Assembly: GCA_030390025.1 (NCBI GenBank)
Contig: JASTWF010000346.1
Location: forward strand, 1 to 64,000
DNA from: Squalus acanthias
Taxonomy: Eukaryota
Reading direction: 5' to 3'
DNA: 64,000 nt
The notes beneath the pieces are model-generated. The model was not told where the DNA came from. It searched no databases and saw only the letters and a list, made by a program, of their open reading frames with translations. Shown piece by piece: positions 38,745 to 49,429 of the stretch. Position numbers and translations under genes: made by a program. How positions within the stretch are numbered: the first letter of the stretch is position 1; each line of letters starts with the position of its first letter.

Positions 38745-39905
38745 ATGGGGGCTGCAATGATTGGGGGCGTCGTCCTGCTCCAGCTGAATCGGAGGATAGT
38801 GAGACGCAGACAGAGAGTGGCAATGATGGCCAGACGGAGGAGGGCCATCAGGCGCATGTACAGGAGAGCTTACCCTCCCAGGGTATATCGTGAACAGCTC
38901 TCCTACATCCATATGTCCGAGGAGCTGTGTTTGCGAAGGCTCCGATTCAGCAAGGAGGTGGTCACTGAGCTCTGCCACCTGCTGCAGCCAGATCTGCAGC
39001 CTCAGCTGAGGTCCAGGACGTCTCTGTCGGTGGCAGTGAAGGTCACAGTAGCTTTGAACTTCTACGCCACTGGCTCATTCCAAGCTGCTGTTGGGGACCT
39101 CGCCAATATCTCCCAGTTTGGGGTGCATCGCTGCATCCGGCAGGTCACCAATGCCCTCTTCAGAAGGAGACGAGACTTCATCTCTTTCCCTATGACCCCA
39201 GACAAGCAGCATGACCGTGCTATGGGCTTTGCGAGGGTAGCGGGCTTCCCCATGGTGCAGGGCGCCATTGACTGCACGCATGTGGCTTTGCGTGCTCCGC
39301 GAGAGAATGCAGAGGAGTTCAGGAACAGAAAGGGGTTCCATTCCTTGAATGTGCAGTTGGTCTGTGACCACACACAGGTGATTCTCGCTGTCAATGCCCA
39401 CTATCCGGGCAGCTGCCACGATGCTTTCATCCTGCGCCAGACTACTGTGGCAGAACTTTTCGAGGCACCGCATCAGCCAGTTGGTTGGCTTCTGGAGGAC
39501 AAGGGGTACGCATTGAGCACCTGGCTGATGACACCGCTCCGTGCGCCAAACACCCCTGCTGAGCTGCGGTACCAGGAAAGCCATCAAGCAACCAGGAACA
39601 TTATTGAGCGCACAATCGGCGTGCTAAAACAACGGTTCCGCTGTCTGGACCATTCCGGAGGAGCCCTGCAGTACTCGCCTGAGCAAGTTTCGAAGTTCGT
39701 AGTCGTGTGCTGCATGTTGCACAACATGGCAATCCTCAGGACCCAGCCAATGCCACCAGGCCTTGTAGCACCACCAGAGGAGGAGGAGGAAGAGGAGGAA
39801 CAGGACGAGGACGATGATCATCAGCAGCACCAAGGCAGGAGGGCGGCCCACAATGGTCAAACTGCAAGGGCCGTCCGTCAACGACTAATAGCAAGCCGCT
39901 TCTAG
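38745..39905 (+). CDS. Harbinger DDE transposase (HARBI1-like family), 386 aa
   Basis: Uninterrupted ATG-TAG ORF with GAIDCTHV, NRKGFHSLNVQLVCD, PGSCHDAFIL, WLLEDKGY, IERTIGVLKQRFRCL and CCMLHN. AATAAA at 40067 and 40167. Confidence 0.95.
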   Translation: MGAAMIGGVVLLQLNRRIVRRRQRVAMMARRRRAIRRMYRRAYPPRVYREQLSYIHMSEELCLRRLRFSKEVVTELCHLLQPDLQPQLRSRTSLSVAVKVTVALNFYATGSFQAAVGDLANISQFGVHRCIRQVTNALFRRRRDFISFPMTPDKQHDRAMGFARVAGFPMVQGAIDCTHVALRAPRENAEEFRNRKGFHSLNVQLVCDHTQVILAVNAHYPGSCHDAFILRQTTVAELFEAPHQPVGWLLEDKGYALSTWLMTPLRAPNTPAELRYQESHQATRNIIERTIGVLKQRFRCLDHSGGALQYSPEQVSKFVVVCCMLHNMAILRTQPMPPGLVAPPEEEEEEEEQDEDDDHQQHQGRRAAHNGQTARAVRQRLIASRF

Positions 39906-40199
39906 GGCCCCTGCCATTGCTACAAACACGAATCAACCCAGCACGCAACCCCTAAGCCGGCCAAGGCACCAATAATTCCAACCACCAGCCATGTATATTT
40001 TGAATACAGAAACTTATTTATTTTACAAACTCTGTGTGTGTCAATTCCTCATGACAAACTCATAGAAATAAACACAAAAAAACAGTCAATAACATAACTG
40101 GTTCTCACAACCTGGAGATAATGTCCAAAACACTAAACAAAAGTTGGGCCATGAACCTCGGCCTTTAATAAAAAAATGACCAGCATTTTGGCACACCTC

Positions 40200-41179
40200 C
40201 TACTTTTTGCCCTTCGAGGGTGATCTCCTTCCCTTGCGCACTTCCCCCCTTCTAACCCTACTGCTCCTCCGTAATGGGACCTCAGTGGCTGCAGCAAGGC
40301 TGGTGGAAGGCTGCTGCTCGTCAGACCTTGACACTGCAGATGCCCCTGAAGGACGGCCTCGACCACTTCTGGGCCTGGAGGGCCCGGCTGCAGACTGCAC
40401 CAACTCTGCATGGGCGGCAGCAGTCTGTCCTACAGGCGGTGGCAAGTGCAGTGGAGAAGTGACAGTGTTGGCAGCAGGAATGCTGTCATCGTGAGAGAGG
40501 ACAGCAACTCCCTGCTCGCCCGACACACTGGCACTCCCACGGGGCAGCACTTCAGCATCCGGAGCAATTTGCCGGAGAACAGATTGCTGGCCTGCTGCGG
40601 CGCGGTGACAGCCCCGGGGACATGTGCACGAACCATCGAGGATGGCAGCAGTCAGTGCTCGCGTGGCCTCAATCTGAGTCTGCATGAGAGCAGTCTCAGA
40701 TGGGTTCCTGGCAGCCAGTGACTGAATTGCAGCACTAAGCTTTAGTGTGGCATCCGCCTGTGCTACAGCGAAGTGCTCCACACTCCTTGCCAGTGACTCA
40801 ATGCATTCGGGCACCCTTCCCACTGCACCCATGAGCTCAGTGTGCATGCCCACCGCCTGGCTGTTCATTTCTGCAATCAGCCGCTCCTCCTCTGCGTCCA
40901 TTGCAGTAGGAGTGTCTGGCATACTCTCCCTCTGGGGAGAAGGCTCCCGTTCTTCCCTCCCCCCCCCATGGCGTTGCTGCAGCCCGCTGGGTCCTGGAGC
41001 TTCACCATCATCAGCCCCTTCCCCCCTGCTCCCCTCCGGGGAAGGCGTGTTCCCAGTGTGGCCATGGGCTTCCTCGGGAGAGGGTGGCACTGATGCTCCG
41101 GCTTCCTCTTCCTCCTCAGCTGCAGCATCACTCCCAGTGGCAGCTTCAGGGCCCGTCTCCTCAGCTGGTGAATCACCAT
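40200..41179 (-). CDS. Harbinger Myb/SANT-like protein, exon 3 (acidic/low-complexity region, basic C-terminus)
   Basis: Acceptor ccctgctttcag|AT in phase 1, in frame with ORF 40200..41090, stop TAG at 40200. Minus-strand AATAAA at 40017-40022. Confidence 0.8.
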
Positions 41180-41338
41180 CTGAAAGCAGGGAGGTACAAG
41201 AGTGGCTTTAGCGTGAGGACAGGGTGGCAGTAAGGGAGGAATAAGTGCAGCGAGTTAGCAAGTTGGATTGAAAGTGTCAAAGGCTGGTATTGTGAGGGAC
41301 AAGTGGAAGGACAGAGGACAAAAAGGTGATGACCTTAC

Positions 41339-41501
41339 CATTGCTGTCCACAACGGGGTCGGCGTCCCCAGTGGCGACGGGACCGATCACCCGGCTTGCC
41401 ACAATCCTGTGGACGCGCTCCTCCAGATCGCTGAGGGGTTGCAGCTGAAGCCGCCCTGCACCCGTCCGTTGCTGCTGTCTCCGATTATGAGCCAGCTTAG
41501 C
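41339..41501 (-). CDS. Harbinger Myb/SANT-like protein, exon 2
   Basis: Acceptor tttttcttgcag|GCT and donor G|gtaagg, 163 nt. Encodes AKLAHNRRQQQRTGAG...LSDLEERV, a TGGG-like motif typical of these proteins. Confidence 0.85.
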
Positions 41502-41535
41502 CTGCAAGAAAAAGGACAGCATCTGAGTAAATATA

Positions 41536-41853
41536 CAGCCATGGTCTTGCCTGATGTGCCTCCCATAGGTGAATAGCCCTTACAATATGCAGCCATGGTC
41601 TTGCCTGATGTGCCTCCCATAGGTGAATAGCCCTTACAATATGCAGCCATGGTCTTGCCTGATGTGCCTCCCATAGGTGAATAGCCCTTACAATATGCAG
41701 CCATGGTCTTGCCTGATGTGCCTCCCATAGGTGAATAGCCCTTACAATATGCAGCCATGGTCTTGCCTGATGTGCCTCCCATAGGTGAATAGCCCTTACA
41801 ATATGCAGCCATGGTCTTGCCTGATGTGCCTCCCATAGGTGAATAGCCCTTAC
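41536..41853. repeat. 54-bp tandem array (~6 identical copies) in intron 1 of the Harbinger Myb gene
   Basis: Unit agccatggtcttgcctgatgtgcctcccataggtgaatagcccttacaatatgc at 41537, 41591, 41645, 41699, 41753 and 41807. Confidence 0.95.
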
Positions 41854-42001
41854 TGTATGCAAAGTGTGGAATGTGTGTGTGTGTTTGATGAAAGGGCCAT
41901 AGGTGTTGCATGAGTGTTGTGCATTGGGGTTTTAAGACCCTCTGGCCATAGAGTGAGGTTGAGATGGAGGGATGGAGAGGTATTGAGAAAAAGCCACTCA
42001 C

Positions 42002-42238
42002 CCTGACGACCCGAGTGAGGTCGTTGAATTTTTTGCGGCACTGAACATGGGTCCTGGGCACCATGCTCCTGGAGGAGACGCTCTGAGCCACCTCCCTCCA
42101 CACTCTTCTGAACTCGCGTGGCAAAGGCCTCCTGCCACTCTCCGGGAACAGCATGCATCGTCTGCGCTCCACTGCGTCAACCAGAGCATCCAAGGCCCGC
42201 TCGGTGAAGCGATGAGCGCGTTCTCTCACCCTCTCCAT
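42002..42238 (-). CDS. Harbinger Myb/SANT-like DNA-binding protein, exon 1 (spliced CDS 1380 nt, 459 aa)
   Basis: ATG at 42238. Encodes MERVRERAHRFTERALDALV...VWREVAQSVSSRSMVPRTHVQCRKKFNDL (Myb/SANT-like trihelix). Donor AGG|gtgagt is phase 0, and 237+163+980=1380 nt. Confidence 0.9.
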
Positions 42239-42596
42239 GCTTGGCAGCAAAATGGATTACAGGTCTCTCCAGGCTGAGATTCAAGGCTGCAATGAGCAGG
42301 GTGTGGCTGGGGAGCAAGTGGCCCCCCCCCGCTTTAAGAAGTGTCCGGCGCCAGTGTGTCTGTGTTCCCTCGCTAACTGGCAGCAGCTGCGCTGCGCTCG
42401 CGCGCTGAGGTAGCGCCTCACTCCTAGGCCTTTGCGCCTTAAGAGAGGTGTGCAGCGCCTGCTTTAGCGCTCCACTCACCTCCCGGGGCGGTAAAAGTGA
42501 AGTTTCCTGTCAGTGCCGATAATTAGCGCCAGGCGCTAATATTTGCGCTCGGACGATATTTGCGCCCCAAATGGGGCGCGACCTAATTTCTACCCT

Positions 42597-44918
42597 ATAG
42601 AGTGTAGTGTTACAGCCCCATCTCCTGCTGACACTGGGATATACCAGGTACAGATATAGAGTGCAGTGTTACAGCCCCATCTCCTGCTGACACTCGGATA
42701 TACCAGGTACATATATAGAGTGTAGTGTTACAGCCCCATCTCCTGCTGACACTCGGATATACCAGGTACATATATAGAGTGTAGTGTTACAGCCCCATCT
42801 CCTGCTGACACTCGGATATACCAGGTACATATATAGAGTGTAGTGTTACAGCCCCATCTCCTGCTGACACTGGGATATACCAGGTACATATATAGAGTGT
42901 AGTGTTACAGCCCCATCTCCTGCTGACACTCGGAGATACCAGGTACATATATAGAGTGTAGTGTTACAGCCCCATCTCCTGCTGACACTGGGAGATACCA
43001 GGTACATATATAGAGTGTAGTGTTACAGCCCCATCTCCTGCTGACACTGGGATATACCAGGTACATATATAGAGTGCAGTGTTACAGCCCCATCTCCTGC
43101 TGACACTGGGATATACCAGGTACATATATAGAGTGCAGTGTTACAGCCCCATCTCCTGCTGACACTGGGATATACCAGGTACATATATAGAGTGCAGTGT
43201 TACAGCCCCATCTCCTGCTGACACTGGGATATACCAGGTACATATATAGAGTGTAGTGTTACAGCCCCATCTCCTGCTGACACTGGGATATACCAGGTAC
43301 ATATATAGAGTGTAGTGTTACAGCCCCATCTCCTGCTGACACTGGGATATACCAGGTACATATATAGAGTGTAGTGTTACAGCCCCATCTCCTGCTGACA
43401 CTGGGATATACCAGGTACATATATAGAGTGTAGTGTTACAGCCCCATCTCCTGCTGACACTGGGATATACCAGGTACATATATAGAGTGTAGTGTTACAG
43501 CCCCATCTCCTGCTGACACTCGGATATACCAGGTACATATATAGAGTGTAGTGTTACAGCCCCATCTCCTGCTGACACTGGGATATACCAGGTACATATA
43601 TAGAGTGTAGTGTTACAGCCCCATCTCCTGCTGACACTCGGATATACCAGGTACATATATAGAGTGTAGTGTTACAGCCCCATCTCCTGCTGACACTGGG
43701 ATATACCAGGTACATATATAGAGTGTAGTGTTACAGCCCCATCTCCTGCTGACACTGGGATATACCAGGTACATATATAGAGTGTAGTGTTACAGCCCCA
43801 TCTCCTGCTGACACTGGGATATACCAGGTACATATATAGAGTGTAGTGTTACAGCCCCATCTCCTGCTGACACTGGGATATACCAGGTACATATATAGAG
43901 TGCAGTGTTACAGCCCCATCTCCTGCTGACACTCGGATATACCAGGTACATATATAGAGTGCAGTGTTACAGCCCCATCTCCTGCTGACACTGGGATATA
44001 CCAGGTACATATATAGAGTGCAGTGTTACAGCCCCATCTCCTGCTGACACTGGGATATACCAGGTACATATATAGAGTGCAGTGTTACAGCCCCATCTCC
44101 TGCTGACACTCGGAGATACCAGGTACATATATAGAGTGCAGTGTTACAGCCCCATCTCCTGCTGACACTCGGAGATACCAGGTACATATATAGAGTGCAG
44201 TGTTACAGCCCCATCTCCTGCTGACACTGGGAGATACCAGGTACATATATAGAGTGTAGTGTTACAGCCCCATCTCCTGCTGACACTGGGATATACCAGG
44301 TACAGATATAGAGTGTAGTATTGCAGCCCCATCTCCTGCTGACACTGGGATATACCAGGTACATATATAGAGTGTAGTGTTACAGCCCCATCTCCTGCTG
44401 ACACTCGGATATACCAGGTACATATATAGAGTGTAGTGTTACAGCCCCATCTCCTGCTGACACTCGGATATACCAGGTACATATATAGAGTGTAGTGTTA
44501 CAGCCCCATCTCCTGCTGACACTCGGATATACCAGGTACATATATAGAGTGTAGTGTTACAGCCCCATCTCCTGCTGACACTGGGATATACCAGGTACAT
44601 ATATAGAGTGTAGTGTTACAGCCCCATCTCCTGCTGACACTGGGATATACCAGGTACATATATAGAGTGTAGTGTTACAGCCCCATCTCCTGCTGACACT
44701 CGGATATACCAGGTACATATATAGAGTGTAGTGTTACAGCCCCATCTCCTGCTGACACTGGGATATACCAGGTACATATATAGAGTGTAGTGTTACAGCC
44801 CCATCTCCTGCTGACACTGGGATATACCAGGTACATATATAGAGTGTAGTGTTACAGCCCCATCTCCTGCTGACACTGGGATATACCAGGTACATGTATA
44901 GAGTGTAGTGTTACAGCC
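42597..44918. repeat. 59-bp satellite, right arm (~39 copies)
   Basis: Same unit and register as the left arm. It ends mid-unit at ttacagcc|tgtagaattc. Confidence 0.97.
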
Positions 44919-46575
44919 TGTAGAATTCGCAATATATCGCGATTTTATTAATAAGGAGAAAACACAGAGTTTCGTTCAAACAGCTTTTATTTCAGCAGAA
45001 TGTTGCCAGGTTTTTCAAAGTGGACACAAGCAGCCTGTAAAATGGCCGCCGCACCTCGTGACAGAACATTCTAGACTTTTCGACAGGCAGACAAGATGGC
45101 GTTCCAATAAACATTTGTGCAAGATCGATTAAGATTCAGCACAGTGAAGATAATACACGAGACATTATGGGTTTGCAGTATACACATAGATACTGGAATC
45201 GGTCTCCCAGGTACAAAGGAAAGCCATTGTACCGAGTAATCAAGGGCCCATCCAAAAGACATTAATATGTAAAATCCCAACGACTCTACGATGAGAGAGC
45301 CGTTAGCAGGTAGTTATACAAAACACTTGGAAGCCCCAAAAACCCCTCCAGGGAGAACACCGACCGATTTAACAATGGGAGAAATATTAACAGGTACTCA
45401 GACATTTACGAGTAGCCCCGAAACCCATTAAGAACGGAGATCACCCATACAAGACATTTGAGCGCCAGACCCTAACAAAAGAAAGGACATTAAGGTTGGG
45501 CGGGAAACGGAAGATTTTGCACTATAATTGCAGGCTCCAAACCGTCCATCTCTCTCTTATCCTCGTGGCTGCTCCTGTGCTCTTATGCTCTTATCCGATC
45601 GATTCGTAACCTCGTGGCTGCTCCTGTGTACTCGTAGTCGGGTTCCTGCTTGCCTGGTGCCTCTTTGAAAAAGACTGTCGAAATTTCTGATCCGTTCGGA
45701 TCTACCTCGTGTCGCGTAACGAAGACCTATGTTGGTAACTGGCAGCGGAACCAAAGGCCCGAGATGAGATGAGATGAGATGAGATGAGAAGAGAGGAAGA
45801 CCATACTCATTGCCACGGTCAGTAAATCCCGACCGCGCCTGTAGGTCGAATAGCCAAGTTTTCCTTGCCAGGAAGACTTCTTTGAACTTGCAAGAACGGT
45901 TCATCATCGATGATATTGACTGATCTGTGAACCCTGCTCGGAAAAGTACCTGTTAAACCAACCAACACAGGTCTTCATCACAGCAGACGGTCCAGCCTGC
46001 TAGCCGGAGCAGAAGCAAGTAAACAAGTGGGACCAGGAGATCTCCTGACCGACACGTGGGTGCTGCGGTGAAAAACATCCGATCAGCTATTCGGAATTTC
46101 TCCGAGTTATCACGAGTGGTGAGCATGAGTCTCGAAATCCTACGAATCTAGTTAGGATAGATATTGATAGGGGAGGGTTTAAGTATTAAGGATACTTGTA
46201 ATGTGTGCCCCTATTTACGGTGTGTCGTTCGTTCCTCGTTTCCCTAGGATCAGCTATATAACTGCTTGTAAGATTGTACTGTCATTAATCTGTGCTTATG
46301 ACATGTATTTCATAATCTTAAATATCATGCAATAAAGATTTTCCATTTCGTACCATTCAACCGAGTCTACATGAGTTTCATCTCCATTACTGCTCTCGCA
46401 TCTAAGTCCAGTGTCTAGAACCGTAAGGGCGAGTGATTCGAACCACTCCTAGTGCTCCCAGACTGGCTGGAGACCAGAACAGGCAACAAGGCCTAAACCC
46501 GCACTGACATACAGGCTGCACAGAGCCGCGTGAATCTCACAGGCTGCGAGACACGCAGGGTCAGAATCCCTTACA
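44919..46575 (+). mobile_element. Probable solo LTR (~1.66 kb)
   Basis: TGTA...TACA termini, AATAAA at 46331, no coding capacity, and a 3' segment homologous to the LTR at 60198. No matching TSD. Confidence 0.55.
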
Positions 46576-47190
46576 GGGTCCAGAGTTAATGTTGAGGACT
46601 CCCAGGCGCACTCCCTCCCGATTGTATATATCACTGTGCTGCTACCTCTGGTCATAGGACATACCCAGGGATGGTGATGGGGAGTCTGGGACATTGGCTG
46701 AAAGGTATGATTCTGTGAAAATGAATCCCCAGATGTTAGTGAGAACTTTGTAGGGTTGACTGGGCTGGGTTTCCCTTTGTCGTGTCCGAATCCGGTGCCT
46801 ATGTCGATGCTGAGTGATCCGTCTGGTTTTATTCCTTATTATTGTTTTTCGTAGCGGTTTGTTACAACCGAGTGGCTTGCTGGGCCATTTCAGAGCACAG
46901 TTAAGAGTCAACCACATTGCTGTCTGGAGCCACATATAGGCCCAACCATGTTGAACACCACTTGGAAGAAGCACGGCAGACTTCCTTCCCTAAATGACAT
47001 TAGTGAACCAGATGGGTTTTACGACAATCCGATAGTTTCACAGTCACCATTGCTAGCTTTTTAATTCCAGATTTATTTAATTAACTGAATTAAATAACCC
47101 AGTTGCCATGGTGGGATTTGAACTCCTGTCTCCGGACCATTAGTCCAGGCCTCTGGATTACTAGTCTAGTAACATAACCACTATGATACT
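46576..47190 (-). mobile_element. 5' portion (UTR and EN start) of a 'GMFADDC' LINE
   Basis: The minus strand encodes TESYLSANVPD and EGV.LGVLNINSGP, matching 23030-23160. Confidence 0.65.
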
Positions 47191-47982
47191 GTATCCCAAG
47201 TGGAACATTGGGTAGCTCTTTTGAAGAGCCAGCACAGGCACGATAGGCCGAATGGCCTCTTTTTGTGCTGTAACATTCTATGAAATGTTTCCTTTTCAGT
47301 CTATATTCTGAAAACATTGTAGATTTTGCAGTGAGGGCAATTTTACATACTCATAATTAGTGTAATTATTCAGCCCTTTTGTACAACGTGTATTTGTGTG
47401 TGTGCAATTGCACATATATGTTACTATGTTGCAATCATTATGTGAAGACATGTTAAACTTCTCCCAGTTCTGCTGAGGCTGCCTAAAATCAATTTTCACC
47501 AGGAGGAAATTGTTAACGCAGACATTGAAATTCATGCACGGACTTAAATTTGCATTTCCCAGACAGTCTTAATAAGCAAAACAGACCCACTTCCCCTGGG
47601 ACCAAGTCCTGGCAGGCTGGTGTGCAGTGGGATATAATGTTGAGTGCAACTGCCAGGATCACTGGTTGATGATGTCAGCCCACCTGCTCCACCTCTTTGT
47701 GCTCCCACACAGGAGTCTGACGCAAAAAGCATCTGGTCCAATTGTCATGAAATTTTGAATGGGTCATGAAAAGGGTGAGACCCCCAATGTACCCAGATTA
47801 TGATCCAAAATCCTCCCTTGCCCACCCACACAATGGCAGCTTTGTATTACCAGGGTCCCAGTAATTTCGGGGCATATGTCTTTCAATTTACAATGATCGT
47901 GAATTTTTTTTCCTCTGGAATTATTTGCATGCACCCCGTGAAAACTTCTCCAGTCTAATTGGTTTATTATTTCTGTTTTCAG

Positions 47983-48009
47983 ATTGGAAGAAGATTTGTG
48001 AGTGTGAAG
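47983..48009 (+). CDS. 27-nt phase-1 micro-exon encoding (D)WKKICECE(V)
   Basis: Acceptor ttatttctgttttcag| and donor G|gtaaga. In frame with exon 51188 (WKKICECE-V-SVTLDTETANPW), and resembles the EWKK..-type juxta-B30.2 exon of butyrophilins. Confidence 0.8.
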
Positions 48010-48639
48010 GTAAGATCTGCAAGATAGGTTGTAATAAACATTTACATAAATTTGATTGTAACTGATCTACTCCCTTGATCATAATCACTATCGTACATGA
48101 AATTGTGTTTGAAGAGACCTCCTCTTGTCACTCTCCACCTTCACTCTGGATAATTTTCTGAGTTCATGCTGCTGCCTGCGAGCCTCAAACATTAGCAGGT
48201 ACACATTAGGAAATAGCAGATGCACTGCCCACGATTTTCCATCCATTAATTGGAATAGATGGCAAATTGAGGGCAGCATGCATACAGTTTTCCAATGTGC
48301 TTGGCTGCTGGGTGACCCTCCTAGCCAGCAGTGTGAACTCTGAAAACCAGCTCTTAAATGTGCAAAATTAATTGATTTCTTTGGGTGAAAATCAAGGCCA
48401 TCCACACAACAGCCTCTTCCTCTTTCATCCCCTCTGCTACCCTTTTCCTGATTAAGTTTCCAGCCACACTGCATTCTGCAGTTTCTCCCCATCTCCCACC
48501 CAACCCTCATTAGGCTCAATTCGTCTATCAGCTCCCTCAAGCCCCTTATGTCCCAGCTCCTGAGCATCCAATTTCCTCTTTTCAGCCCCATGCTCACTGA
48601 CATCAACAATGTAGCTCTTTTTTCCTGAAGCAGAATATT

Positions 48640-49395
48640 TTTTCAAAGGTGAGAGACTGGGAAATGTTGGTATTCAGAGGGACCTGGGTGTCCTTGTACA
48701 CAAATCACAAAGTTAACATGTAGGTACAGCAAGCATTTAGGAAAGCAAATGGTATGTTAGCCTTTATTACAAAGGGATTGGTGTATAAGAGTAAATAAGT
48801 CTTCTTGCAATTATATAGGGCCTTGGTGAGACCACACCTGGAGTACTGTGTATAGTTTTGGTCTCCTTACCTAAGCAAGGATGTGCTTGCCTTCGAGGGA
48901 GTGCAACAAAGGTTCACTAGACCGAGTCCTGAGATGAAGGGATTGTCCTCTGAGGAGAGATTGAGTAGACTAAGCCTATATTTCCTAGAGTTTAGAAGAA
49001 TCAGAGGTGATCTCATTGAAACAGACAAAATTGTTAAGGTGCTTGACCGGCGAGATGCTGGGAGGATGTTTCCCCTGGCTGGGGAGACTAGAACTAGAGG
49101 TCATAGTCTCAGAATAAGGGATTGGCCATTTAGGACTGAGATGAGGAGAAATATATTCTCAATGGTTTGTGAATCTTTGGAATTTTCTACCCCAGAGGGC
49201 TGTGGATGCTCAGTCATTGAGTATATTCAAGACAGAGATCAATAGATTTTTGAATACTAAGGGAATCAAGGGATATGGGGATAGGGCGGGAAAGTAGAGT
49301 TGAGGTAGCGATCAGCCATGATCTTATTGAATGGCGGAGCAGGCTCGAGGGGCCGATTGACCTCCTACTGCTCCCGTTTCTTATGTTCTTATGAA
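48640..49395 (+). mobile_element. CR1 3' fragment
   Basis: ORF 48883..49245 reads EGVQQRFTR..GLSSEERLSRL; tail ttcttatgttcttatg. Confidence 0.85.
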
Positions 49396-49429
49396 TCTTA
49401 AGTGAATTGGCCCGCTCTTGACCATATGA

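Larger units (their letters stand above)
38232..42596 (+). mobile_element. Apparently intact autonomous PIF/Harbinger DNA transposon (4365 bp)
   Basis: TIRs GGGGTAAAAATT / AATTTCTACCCT. The 3-bp TSD ATA (38229-38231, 42597-42599) restores an exact satellite unit when the element is removed. GC-rich subterminal ttagcgcc/ggcgctaa repeats, plus convergent transposase and Myb genes. Confidence 0.95.

Noticed and set aside
38745..39905. Domesticated host gene HARBI1 (and NAIF1/MSANTD for the Myb gene)
   Set aside because: Both genes lie inside TIRs with a TSD in a satellite, so this is a transposon copy and no gene symbol is assigned.
41387..42250. 287-aa single-exon ORF as the real Myb protein
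   Set aside because: Canonical splice sites give a coherent 3-exon 459-aa CDS. The read-through is kept only as a speculative retained-intron isoform.
35512..44918. 59-bp array flanking a nuclease gene read as a CRISPR-like locus
   Set aside because: The units are head-to-tail with no unique spacers. The nuclease is a Harbinger transposase within TIRs and a TSD, and the context is eukaryotic.
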